Origin: Propionibacterium freudenreichii subsp. freudenreichii
Lineage (GTDB): Bacteria > Actinomycetota > Actinomycetes > Propionibacteriales > Propionibacteriaceae
Length of the DNA: 32,000 nt
NCBI RefSeq assembly: GCF_000940845.1
Contig: NZ_CP010341.1
Coordinates: 2,520,001-2,552,000, forward strand
Direction of reading: 5' to 3'
The translations under genes and the position numbers were made by a program. Below are positions 1 to 8,550 of the stretch, in pieces (position 1 is the stretch's first letter; each line of letters starts with the position of its first letter). The notes below the pieces were generated by a model. It was not told where the DNA came from and did no database searches. It saw nothing but the letters and a program-made list of their open reading frames with translations.

Positions 1-261
1 TTCCTCGGGAGGTTATGAACGGTTGAGGTATTGGGGAAGGTCCGGCACCGTGTAGGTCAGCTGACGCACGGCGGCCGTCCTTGCGATGCGTACTCGCCCG
101 GCGTCGACATGCCACGACCCATGGGGCGACGGCGTCCTGTTCTTCGGGACCGTCCTATGTGGGGCACTGTCCTGCGAATGATCCCCTGGATGCCAAAGTG
201 CCGCGCCATAGTGAAGTGCCATAGTCTGGCCGGTTCACCGTCGACGCCGAGGAATGGATCC

Positions 262-558
262 ATGAGCACATACCGAACCGAAGTCTTCGAGGACGGCGAA
301 CCCTGCTGGTGGTGCGAGCGGGAGGCACTGCGGGCCGAATTGGACACCGAGGCGGGCGAGCCTGATCCCTCCGTGGTCGCCGCCCTGGCGGAGGCCGAAC
401 ACCACCCGGACCTGGAGATGAAGGAGGTCATCGCCGAAGCCCGCAACTCCCCCGCAGATCCGGAGGACATCGCCCTGGCGGAACGCGTCTTCGGACAGGG
501 GCCGGCTTCCGAACCCACTGGCCAGGGTGACGCTACGTCAGGGACGCCGACGGAATAG
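262..558 (+). CDS. hypothetical small acidic protein (98 aa; MSTYRTEVFEDGEPCWWCERE...)
   Basis: Internal ATG at 262 of the 31..558 ORF. The upstream part of that ORF is Arg/Pro-rich shadow-like sequence, while the downstream part has a plausible acidic composition. No family recognised. Confidence 0.35.
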   Translation: MSTYRTEVFEDGEPCWWCEREALRAELDTEAGEPDPSVVAALAEAEHHPDLEMKEVIAEARNSPADPEDIALAERVFGQGPASEPTGQGDATSGTPTE

Positions 559-629
559 GGAGCGGTGAGCCAGACACGTGGAGTGCAGGCGTGGGGGCGA
601 ACGCCAGCCGTCCGGACGACCGCGCCGAA

Positions 630-989
630 TCAGGCGGCGTCGCTACTGCTCCACACCAGCATGTGGAGTTCCTGCTCCAGGAAGTTGCGCACGATCCCGA
701 TCTCTTCCGAGGTGCAACTGATGAGCACCTTGGGTTCCAGCTCCTGCTTCATCAGGTCGAGGCACAGGATCACGCCGGTCACCCGATGCTCGGGCAGCGT
801 ACCGACGAAGACATCGAGGCCCTCACCATCAACCGACTTCAGGTCGACATATCCATAGTCGACGGGATAGACGATGCTCGGGAACCGTGGATGCCTGGAG
901 CCCTTGGGACGGTCCAATCTCACCGGACGCGACAAGAGCTCCCGGAACAGCGGACCCTCAAATGACGTGTTGAAACCCTTATCGCCCAT
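630..989 (-). CDS. inorganic pyrophosphatase-like short protein
   Basis: YPVDYGYVDLKSVDGEGLDVFVGT...VTGV...EPKVL parallels the family I PPase core YPxNYGYI...DGDPxDVLV...VGVL...D.KL.AV. ATG at 989 is preceded by GGGAGG 6 nt upstream, so it is preferred over the ORF-track start at 1016. Confidence 0.55.
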   Translation of the reverse strand: MGDKGFNTSFEGPLFRELLSRPVRLDRPKGSRHPRFPSIVYPVDYGYVDLKSVDGEGLDVFVGTLPEHRVTGVILCLDLMKQELEPKVLISCTSEEIGIVRNFLEQELHMLVWSSSDAA

Positions 990-1094
990 GACCGGCCTCC
1001 CGCCTTCTTGACGCATTCTCGCAGGCCACCCGACGGTGTGTTGGGACGAGGCGAACTGCTGCCCGGATTTGCTGCCGGATCATGCGCTGACCCA

Positions 1095-1146
1095 AAGATG
1101 GGGAGGACCTTTGCAGGGTAGACGACGCAAAAGTCCTCCCCATCTT
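1095..1146. repeat. long hairpin (20-bp arms, 12-nt loop), intergenic
   Basis: AAGATGGGGAGGACCTTTGC / GCAAAAGTCCTCCCCATCTT. The arms match 19/20 as an inverted repeat. Confidence 0.7.
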
Positions 1147-1185
1147 CGTTTACGGGCCGGCCTGGGGCCCGAAGGTGGGATGGGT

Positions 1186-1227
1186 GGGCAACTGTGCGGC
1201 GTCATTGCCGCACAGTTGCCCAGTTAG
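1186..1227. repeat. palindromic intergenic element, copy A (core GTGCGGC-GTCATT-GCCGCAC)
   Basis: GGGCAACTGTGCGGC gtcatt GCCGCACAGTTGCCC forms a perfect 15-bp stem. It shares flanks with copy B (GGCCCGAAGGTG upstream, CAGTTAG...GCGTCCAC downstream). Confidence 0.8.
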
Positions 1228-1271
1228 AGACCGAGGCAGGCGTCCACGGGTCCGAACCATGGAGAACCGAA

Positions 1272-1319
1272 GATAGGTGCGGATAAAGCACCCCAGACGG
1301 TGCTTTTGCCGCACCTATC
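1272..1319. repeat. long hairpin (21-bp arms) containing a GGTGCGG/CCGCACC motif
   Basis: GATAGGTGCGGATAAAGCACC ccagac GGTGCTTTTGCCGCACCTATC, with two mismatches. Confidence 0.7.
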
Positions 1320-1417
1320 CCGCGTCCACCCGCCGGCACAGCCCCGGACATGCCCTGGGTGGACACCTGTGTTGGGGAGCGGGATGGGTGAGTGTGTGGC
1401 GCGGGCCCGAAGGTGCC

Positions 1418-1465
1418 CTAAGTGGGCACCTGTGCGGCGTCATTGCCGCACAACTGCCCAGTTAG
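1418..1465. repeat. palindromic intergenic element, copy B
   Basis: CTAAGTGGGCACCTGTGCGGC gtcatt GCCGCACAACTGCCCAGTTAG. The arms match 18/21. Confidence 0.8.
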
Positions 1466-1579
1466 TGGCCGAAGCAAGCGTCCACCCGCCGAGCCAGCCT
1501 GATCCGGCACTCACCGGATGGTTTCGATGCGTCTATTCACCAGAACCATCCAGTTAGTGACGGGAACGTGTCCGCAGGC

Positions 1580-2260
1580 TCAGCCCCAGCTGTTGACGAT
1601 CTCGGTGAGGTCGCGGCGGCGTCCGGAGTAGAAGGGCGTCTCCACGCGCACATGGCGACGTGCCCCGGTGGTGCGCATGACGCGCATCAGGTCGACGATG
1701 CGGGCCATCTCGTCGGCCTCGAAGCACAGGATCCACTCGTAGTCGCCCAACCCGAACGACGCCATGGTGTTGGCCCGCACATCGGCGAAGCCGGACGCGG
1801 CGCGTCCATGGTCGGCCAGCAACTGGGCGCGGTCCTCGTCGGGCAGCAGGTACCACTCGTGGGACCGCACGAACGGGTAGACGCAGATGTTGTCGCGCGG
1901 CTGCTCGTCAGCCAGGAACGCCGGCACATGGGCCTTGTTGAACTCGGCGGCTCGGTGCAGGGCGAGCTGCGACCATACGGGCGTCAGCACATTGCCCAGG
2001 GTGGACGCGCGCAGCACGTGGTAGGCGCGCTGCAGGGTCTCGTAGTCGTGGGCGTGCCACCACACCATCAGGTCGGCATCGGCGCGCAAACCGGCCACGT
2101 CGTACCACCCGCGGATCACCAGATCGGTGTCGGCGGCCACGGCCTGCAACTGCTCCAACGCCTGTTCGCCGGCACCCGGGCCGGCAGCCGCCTCGGAGCG
2201 GAACACGGACCACATCGTGTAGCGCTGCATGTGGTTGATCTCGTCGGCGGTGTGCGCCAT
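1580..2260 (-). CDS. hemQ: coproheme decarboxylase / chlorite dismutase-family heme synthase (HemQ/ChdC)
   Basis: 226-aa ORF with the typical actinobacterial HemQ pattern (MWSVFR..., VWWHAHD, VYPFVRSHEWYLLP, FGLGDYEWILCFEAD, FYSGRR). Confidence 0.85.
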   Translation of the reverse strand: MAHTADEINHMQRYTMWSVFRSEAAAGPGAGEQALEQLQAVAADTDLVIRGWYDVAGLRADADLMVWWHAHDYETLQRAYHVLRASTLGNVLTPVWSQLALHRAAEFNKAHVPAFLADEQPRDNICVYPFVRSHEWYLLPDEDRAQLLADHGRAASGFADVRANTMASFGLGDYEWILCFEADEMARIVDLMRVMRTTGARRHVRVETPFYSGRRRDLTEIVNSWG

Positions 2261-2445
2261 GGAAGCCTCCCCATTGATGGAGTTAGGTAACCCTCACTGG
2301 ACGAGTTCAACCTATCGGCCCGCACTGAATCGATGACAGGCCGACGGACGGGGTTCGGCGCTCGGCTGAACGCTTGCCCGCAAGTCGTCGGACGCGGACG
2401 TCCCCCTTGTCCCTGCGGAGATCCCACTTATCCCTGCGGACGCCC

Positions 2446-2835
2446 CTACCTCTGCGGACCGGGGATCAGCACCTGCCCGTCCTGCACCCAGGCGGCCAGT
2501 CCGCCGGCAAGCGCGAAGGCGTCGCGTCCCTCCTGGCGCAACAGGGCGGCCGCCCCGTTGGCCCGCAGGCCCGTGCTGCTCACCACGATCACCGGCTTGG
2601 AGGTGTCGGCGAGGGGATCGTCGCCCCAGATGGCGGCCACCGGATCGGCCCGGATGGCCTTGATGTCCACCAGCCGTGACCCCGGCAGGTGGCCGCGCTC
2701 GAACTCGCGGCGCTTGCGCACATCGGCCACCACGGCACCCTTCGACATCAGCGTGAGCGCATCGTCCACGCTGATCCCGCGCCCGGACTCGTCCGGACCC
2801 TCCTTGGCTGCCTTCCTGCGCCACAACATGGACAT
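2446..2835 (-). CDS. rhodanese-homology domain protein (Ser in place of the catalytic Cys)
   Basis: The pattern ...VVADVRKRREFERGHLPGSRLVD...PVIVVSSTGLRANGAAALLRQEG...LAGGLAAW matches the single-domain rhodanese layout. The active-site loop reads SSTGLRA instead of CxxGxR. Confidence 0.7.
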   Translation of the reverse strand: MSMLWRRKAAKEGPDESGRGISVDDALTLMSKGAVVADVRKRREFERGHLPGSRLVDIKAIRADPVAAIWGDDPLADTSKPVIVVSSTGLRANGAAALLRQEGRDAFALAGGLAAWVQDGQVLIPGPQR

Positions 2836-2978
2836 ATTGTCTCATCGCCCGACGGGTGGCCGTCCGCGCGTCCCGGTCGGGCCGACGAGCAACCGACGTG
2901 CTGTTCCGCGCACGGCCCGGCAATGTCAGTGGCGCACGCCATGATGGAGGCAAGACCGGTCAATCCCCAGGAGCTGCC

Positions 2979-3710
2979 ATGAGCGCCATCACAAGTCCCA
3001 GCGCCGACCTCGACCCCGACGACGAGCTGGACGACACCAGCGAGCTGGATTCGGGGCCCGACGCCACCGGGCGTGCGGCATTGCTGGTGATCGGCATGCA
3101 GCAGGGCAACCTGGACGGCTGTTGGCAGGCCGAGCAGGTGACCGCGACCGTCTCCGACCTGATCGATCGGGCGCGCCTGGCGTCGGTGCCGGTGATCTGG
3201 GTGAACGACCTCACCCCTCCCGCGTCGGTAACCGGCAGCGGCGAATTGCTCAGCTCCCTGACCTGCGGCGCCGGCGAATACGTGGTGCTCAAGCCCTACC
3301 GCGACGGTTTCGAGTCCACCGGGCTGGCCGACTCGTTGGCCACGCTGGGGTCCGGCACGCTGTTCCTGTGCGGGGCATGGTCGCACGAATCGGTGCGCGC
3401 CACCATGGTCGGTGCATTGTCCCGCGGCTATTCGACGGTGCTTGTGGAGGACGCCCACACGGCCCCCTCACGCCATGACGGCACCGCCACGGTGAGCGGC
3501 GAATCCATCGTCTCGGTGGTGAACATGATCGCGGCCGCACCCGGCGCCCCCGCCCAGGACAGCAGCACCATGCCCTGTTACGACGTCAACTTCTCGGCCT
3601 TCGTGCACACCGACGACACCGCCGTCGGTGACGAGGCCCTGGCCGCGCAGGAGCAGGCGCAGGACGAGGCCCTCGACCCCGGGGATGACGACCCCACAGA
3701 CGACGACTGA
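2979..3710 (+). CDS. isochorismatase/cysteine-hydrolase-like protein with degenerate catalytic residues and acidic tails
   Basis: ALLVIGMQQG...VLKPYRDGFEST...LFLCGAWSHESVRATMVGALSRGYSTVLVEDAHTA follows the isochorismatase fold pattern. Start taken at ATG 2979, internal to the 2856 ORF, because the upstream part looks like shadow sequence. Confidence 0.6.
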   Translation: MSAITSPSADLDPDDELDDTSELDSGPDATGRAALLVIGMQQGNLDGCWQAEQVTATVSDLIDRARLASVPVIWVNDLTPPASVTGSGELLSSLTCGAGEYVVLKPYRDGFESTGLADSLATLGSGTLFLCGAWSHESVRATMVGALSRGYSTVLVEDAHTAPSRHDGTATVSGESIVSVVNMIAAAPGAPAQDSSTMPCYDVNFSAFVHTDDTAVGDEALAAQEQAQDEALDPGDDDPTDDD

Positions 3711-3744
3711 GTTCTTCCCGCGAACCGCCTGCCATGGGGCTGCC

Positions 3745-3905
3745 AGCGCGGTACTGTGCCTGCATCACGTGGCGAATCGGGTGCAATTCCCGGGCTGTCC
3801 CGCAACCGTGACAGTGCGTCGACCAGGCGCACTGGAGCCGGACCAAAGCGTGATAACCCACTCACCAACCCGTCGCGGACCGCGGGAGACCTGGGGCGCC
3901 ACATC
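3745..3905 (+). promoter_or_regulatory. cobalamin (B12) riboswitch
   Basis: GGCGAATCGGGTGCAATTCCCGGGCTGTCCCGCAACCGTGA matches the conserved GGGAA..GGTGnnAATCC..GCTGnCCCGCAAC.GT core. A CACTGG element follows, and GGGAGACCTGG (3884-3894) matches the B12 box (..GAGACCTGCC). Downstream, CCTTTC (3918-3923) can pair with the SD GAAAGG (3944-3949). Confidence 0.75.
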
Positions 3906-3955
3906 CGGCTCCATCGGCCTTTCCCAGATCCTCACGGGTCTTTGAAAGGAAGCCC

Positions 3956-6900
3956 ATGCAGGCCCTCCAAGGAAGGCGCCGGTCACGACGGGTGATGGCG
4001 GCCGCGGTAGCAGCCCTCACCGCCATGACCGTGCTGCCCTCCCAGCTCAACGCCGTTGCTGCACCCACTGATTCATTCGCTACCACGATGCCTGATGCGG
4101 CCCTAAGGGGTTGCGTCACCACGGCGCTGAACCTCGATTCCACCGCCGCTCCAACTTCGGACCAGCTCGCAACCGTGACCAGCCTCAGTTGCTCTGGCAA
4201 GGGCGTCGCTGACCTCACCGGTATCTCGGCCCTCCCCAACCTGGGCAAGCTATTTCTGGGCAACAATTCGCTGACCAGCTTGGCCCCACTCGCGACGTCA
4301 ACCAAGGTCTCCTCACTCGACGTCTCCAGTAATCAGCTTTCCGACATCACCCCGACGGCCAACCTGAAGGCCCTTGTCAGTGTGAACGTGGCGAACAACC
4401 GGCTTCGTGATCTTTCCCCGCTGAGCACCCTCCCGAATCTCGGAGGGCTGAGCATCACGTCAAATAGCCAGAAGGCAGTGGGAGCACCCGCCACCTCGGG
4501 CCAAGCGACCGCAGTCCCGACGGCCATTGACAAGACCGGCACGGTGTTCAAGGCCGAGGCACCGAGCGGGGTCACGGTGAGCGGCGCGACCGTCACCTAC
4601 CCGATCGCCGGCACGTACGACTGGTCGTTCAAGGACCAGAGCCTCTACTTCAACGGCACCATCACCGTCACAGTTTCCGCTGCATCGGGCGTGACCATCC
4701 CGGACGCCGGGCTGAGAGGGTGCATCAACGACAAGTTGGCCCTGGCCCCGGACGCCACGCCTACTCAAGACCAGCTCGCATCGATCACCGACCTCTCCTG
4801 TGTCAACAAGGGAGTCACCGACCTGACCGGCATATCGCAGCTGGGCAGCTTGAAGAACCTCACCCTGTCGACCAACAAGATCTCCGATCTCACGCCCCTG
4901 ACTCCCCTGACCGGTCTCGAATCACTCATCCTCACCGGTAATTCTGTCGCGGACGTATCGCCGCTGACGAGCCTGCAGAATCTCGCTGCCCTCACGCTCG
5001 ACCGGAACAACGTCTTGACACTGAACGGGCTGGGATACCTTCCCAAGCTCGCAACCCTTTCAGCATCATCCCAATTCAAGAATGAGGGGAGGACGCGCCT
5101 GGCAAGCATTGCAGGCCTCGACAAATTGACCGGGCTCACGAGCCTCGCGATCAACAACACTGACGTATCGGACCTCACCCCGGTGACTGGCCTCTCCGGC
5201 CTCACCAGATTGTCCGCAACCAACTCCCAGATCTCGTCTGCGGCACCGCTCGCCGCACTTGGTCGGCTCACGGCCCTTGATCTCAGTGGTAACCACATCT
5301 CAGATATTTCGCCCCTGAACAAGCTGGACATGACGTTGAATGCAATGCGCGTCACCGGGCAAACCCTTGCGGCGCCCGAGGCGAAGGCGTCGGTTGCGAC
5401 GGACGCGCCAGGCGTCACCGCGCTGGACGGAAGCATTCTCGTGGCAGCTCCCCCTGCGGGCCTCACGGTCAACGACGCCAAGGTCACCTACGCCTCTCCG
5501 GGCGATTACACCTGGACCTTCGAAGAGAAGACCCCCGGCAGCTATCCGAGGACTTTCTTCAGCGGCAAGATCACCCAGAGGGCAACCGATGCCCCGCCTG
5601 CGGTCGTGGGGGTGGACATCCCTGATACGAATTTCCGTACCTGCCTCGCCGGATTGCTCAACCACAGTGATCCCGCGGCACCCATCAGCGCCGATGAACT
5701 GGCTGGTCTCACCTCCGTGATCTGCGTCGGGAAATCAATCTCGAACCTCACCGGGGCCGCGAACCTGACCGGAGCAACTGAACTGATCCTGTCCACCAAT
5801 TCAATCTCCGACGTCACGCCGTTGCGTGGCTTGACCCAGCTGCAGAAACTCTACCTTCCGGGGAACAAGATCTCAGATCCTGCTCCGCTGTCCTCGCTCA
5901 CGAATCTGAATGAGCTGCTGTTGGGACAGAACCAGGTCACTTCCATCTCGGCGTTGTCCCCGTTGGCCGGACTCACCACGCTGGAAATCAGCCAGAAATA
6001 CGACAAGAACGGAAACACCGGTCTCACCAGCCTTGACGGCGTGCAGCACATGTCTTCGCTGAAGGCTCTGACGGCCAACAACTCCCGTATCTCGGATCTG
6101 GCGCCGTTGAAGGATCTGCACGAACTCAGCTCGCTCTACCTGAACAACAACTCAGTGAATGACCTCACGGCGCTGTCAGGACTGACCGCGCTTGAGAAGC
6201 TCGGGTTGAGTAACAACAACATCTCCAGCGTTACGCCACTGGCTTCCCTGACGAAGCTGTCCCGAATCGACATCGGGAATAATCACCTCATGGACCTGAG
6301 CCCCCTCGGATCCACGGCGATTGATGCCACGTTCAACCTGAACGCAAACAATCAGGCCACCCACCTTGCCACGGTCCCCGTCGGGCTCACCACGAGTGTT
6401 CCGCAACCGCGAGACATGAAGGGCGCAATTGTGCCCGTCACGCCTCCTGCAGGCCTGACGATCACCGATGGCACCGTCACTTACCCAAAGTCGGGCACGT
6501 ATTCATTCACGTGGACCTCATCCACCGGGGAGGGTGGCAAGTCATTCAGCGGAAGCGTTGACCAAGAGGTGGGTGCTGCAGTCATCGGCGCGGCAAACGT
6601 GCCCGACGCGGCACTACGCTCCTGCCTTGCCTCAGCAGCCGGCCTCGACGCCACCGCGTCCCCGACCGTCGACCAGCTCAAGGCACTGACCACCGTGAAG
6701 TGCGCGTCCAAGGGAATCACGAACCTGACCGGCGTTGAGAACCTCACCGCCGCCACGACCATCGACCTGTCGGGCAACACCCTGGCCGACGTCACCCCGC
6801 TGGCGGGGCTCGACAAGCTTGCCACGCTCAACCTGTCCCACACCGGACTGTCGTCGTTGACCACCGTGTCCGCCCTTCCAGCGCTCACCGCGCTCACCAT

Positions 6901-7324
6901 CAGCGGTAATCCGATCACCGACCTGTCGGCGCTCAAGGCGAAGACCGGCCTGGTCCTGCAGGCCACCGACATGACCGGCAGCGCCCCGGACGTGAAGGGC
7001 GGCGTCGCCAGCGACGTGCCCACCGCGTTCGACGCCACCGGCACCTCGGTTCCGCTCGGGGCCCCCGCCGGCGCAACCGTGGCGAACGGCAAGGTGACCT
7101 ACACCGCTGCGGGCAGTTATTCATGGCCCTTCACCACCACCGGCGGAGCCTTCTCGGGGACGATCACGCAGAAGGTCACCAGCGATGCGACCGACCCCGA
7201 CGCCAACAAGGGCGCCCAGGCCTGCGTGCAGGCCGGCAATGTGTGTGGGTCGTGGTGGAACGCGACACAGGCCTTCAGAAGGGCGGCTGCGCCACGAAGT
7301 TCTCCACCGGCACCGAGGCGCTGA
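3956..7324 (+). CDS. secreted internalin-like LRR surface protein, N-terminal reading-frame segment (frameshifted gene, part 1)
   Basis: Signal peptide ([37 protein letters not shown]). Four repeats of [cap ..PDAxLRxC..., about 22-aa LRRs LxxLxxLxLxxNxIsDlsPL, Ig-like inter-repeat ..VTYPxxGTYxWxF...FSGxItQ]. After position 7247 the frame turns into Arg/Pro-rich junk and stops at 7324. Confidence 0.85.
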   Translation: MQALQGRRRSRRVMAAAVAALTAMTVLPSQLNAVAAPTDSFATTMPDAALRGCVTTALNLDSTAAPTSDQLATVTSLSCSGKGVADLTGISALPNLGKLFLGNNSLTSLAPLATSTKVSSLDVSSNQLSDITPTANLKALVSVNVANNRLRDLSPLSTLPNLGGLSITSNSQKAVGAPATSGQATAVPTAIDKTGTVFKAEAPSGVTVSGATVTYPIAGTYDWSFKDQSLYFNGTITVTVSAASGVTIPDAGLRGCINDKLALAPDATPTQDQLASITDLSCVNKGVTDLTGISQLGSLKNLTLSTNKISDLTPLTPLTGLESLILTGNSVADVSPLTSLQNLAALTLDRNNVLTLNGLGYLPKLATLSASSQFKNEGRTRLASIAGLDKLTGLTSLAINNTDVSDLTPVTGLSGLTRLSATNSQISSAAPLAALGRLTALDLSGNHISDISPLNKLDMTLNAMRVTGQTLAAPEAKASVATDAPGVTALDGSILVAAPPAGLTVNDAKVTYASPGDYTWTFEEKTPGSYPRTFFSGKITQRATDAPPAVVGVDIPDTNFRTCLAGLLNHSDPAAPISADELAGLTSVICVGKSISNLTGAANLTGATELILSTNSISDVTPLRGLTQLQKLYLPGNKISDPAPLSSLTNLNELLLGQNQVTSISALSPLAGLTTLEISQKYDKNGNTGLTSLDGVQHMSSLKALTANNSRISDLAPLKDLHELSSLYLNNNSVNDLTALSGLTALEKLGLSNNNISSVTPLASLTKLSRIDIGNNHLMDLSPLGSTAIDATFNLNANNQATHLATVPVGLTTSVPQPRDMKGAIVPVTPPAGLTITDGTVTYPKSGTYSFTWTSSTGEGGKSFSGSVDQEVGAAVIGAANVPDAALRSCLASAAGLDATASPTVDQLKALTTVKCASKGITNLTGVENLTAATTIDLSGNTLADVTPLAGLDKLATLNLSHTGLSSLTTVSALPALTALTISGNPITDLSALKAKTGLVLQATDMTGSAPDVKGGVASDVPTAFDATGTSVPLGAPAGATVANGKVTYTAAGSYSWPFTTTGGAFSGTITQKVTSDATDPDANKGAQACVQAGNVCGSWWNATQAFRRAAAPRSSPPAPRR

Positions 7325-8331
7325 CGAGCGCAGGCTTCACCACTGACAATCCGACCTTCGTCGGAAAGATCGACGGCTACCCGGCAACGGCCCCCGTCGA
7401 TGACCCCGGGCGCTACTCCTACTGGACCTACTGGCACGGCGTCTCCGCCGACCCGACGGCGACCACCCAGACCTACCCGTGGACCTTTTCCGAAGTGGGC
7501 CTCGGCGACTACCACCCGCGTGCCGGATCAGTGGAGGGCTGGCGCTTCGCAGTGAACCTGGGCAGTACCGACAAGGTGCCTGCCCCGAGCTTCGTGCTGA
7601 GCTACACCAACGGCGCGTCCCCGAGCCCGACGCCCACGCCGAGCCCGACGCCTTCCCCCACTCCCACGCCGAGCCCGACGCCCAGCGCGACCCCAACCCC
7701 GACACCCACGCCAAGCCCGAGGCCCAGCGCGACCCCGACGCCCACACCAACCCCGACGCCCACCCCCGTGGCGTGCACCATGTCCTACCCCGATGTGCCG
7801 TCCTCAATGGCCTTTTCGGACGACATCTGCTGGCTGACACAGCACAAGATCGCCACGGGCTGGCCCGACGGCACCTTCCGTCCGGTCACGCCGCTCAACC
7901 GTGACGCCATGGTGGCGTTCCTCTACCGGATGGCCGGCTCCCCGGCGTTCACGCCCACCCGGCAGACCTTCACCGACGTCGACGCGGGCAACATGTTCTT
8001 CAAGCAGATCGAGTGGGCCGCGTCCAATGGCATCGTCACGGGCTGGCCCGACGGCACCTTCCGTCCCACCCAGCCCATCACCCGCGACGCGATTGCCGCG
8101 CTGATCTATCGCCAGGCGGGAAGCCCCGCCGTGACACTGCCCGACCGCCCGTCATTCAATGACGTCTCGCCGACCACGATGTTCTACCGCGAGATCGAAT
8201 GGATGCAGGCCAAGGGCATCGCCAACGGTTGGGCCGACGGCAGCTACCGTCCGCTCAACGATACGAACCGTGACGCGATCGCCGCCTTCCTGCACCGTGC
8301 GACCGATCAGGGGGTGCTGGCCCTGCACTGA
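7243..8331 (+). CDS. C-terminal reading-frame segment of the same surface protein: DUF4430/transcobalamin-like domain, Pro/Thr linker, 3 SLH domains (frameshifted gene, part 2)
   Basis: Frame +2 relative to part 1. [32 protein letters not shown]...FVGKIDGYP...YWTYWHG...[18 protein letters not shown] resembles DUF4430. Three SLH repeats follow (F.DV....F...I.W....I..GW.DG.FRP...). Confidence 0.8.
   Translation: MWVVVERDTGLQKGGCATKFSTGTEALTSAGFTTDNPTFVGKIDGYPATAPVDDPGRYSYWTYWHGVSADPTATTQTYPWTFSEVGLGDYHPRAGSVEGWRFAVNLGSTDKVPAPSFVLSYTNGASPSPTPTPSPTPSPTPTPSPTPSATPTPTPTPSPRPSATPTPTPTPTPTPVACTMSYPDVPSSMAFSDDICWLTQHKIATGWPDGTFRPVTPLNRDAMVAFLYRMAGSPAFTPTRQTFTDVDAGNMFFKQIEWAASNGIVTGWPDGTFRPTQPITRDAIAALIYRQAGSPAVTLPDRPSFNDVSPTTMFYREIEWMQAKGIANGWADGSYRPLNDTNRDAIAAFLHRATDQGVLALH
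7618..7767 (+). repeat. coding low-complexity (Pro-Thr/Pro-Ser)n linker repeat
   Basis: [50 protein letters not shown], encoded by reiterated CCGACGCCCACGCCGAGC-type units. Confidence 0.9.
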
Positions 8332-8427
8332 ACCGGTCGCGGCCATGCGGACGTCAGCCCCGCGGACGAGAACCGTGCGACTGTGCCCCGGCCGCAGGCC
8401 ATCCGGCTGGAACCATCCCGAACCGAG

Positions 8428-8466
8428 GTCCCGGCGTTGTATCCCCCTGCAACGCCGGGACTTCTC
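8428..8466 (+). terminator. rho-independent-type terminator after the surface-protein gene
   Basis: GTCCCGGCGTTG (10-nt loop) CAACGCCGGGAC forms a perfect 12-bp stem and is followed by TTCTC. Confidence 0.6.
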
Positions 8467-8550
8467 ACGCCCCCAGCCACGTCGACCCCAACGCTCCTCC
8501 CCCCAGACCGGCCATTCGGCTTATCCTGTGCAGCCTCATAGGGTGGGCAG

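Noticed and set aside
1036-1465. Two small ORFs (1036..1227 and 1277..1465) that both end in LCGVIAAQLPS
   Set aside because: The shared C-terminus is simply the translation of the repeated palindromic DNA element. There is no RBS and no coding-like composition, so these are treated as repeats rather than genes.
3956-4070. Twin-arginine (Tat) signal for the LRR surface protein because of the RRRSRR run
   Set aside because: The run does not fit the S/T-R-R-x-F-L-K consensus. The hydrophobic core and AVA/AP cleavage site look like a standard Sec signal with a basic n-region.
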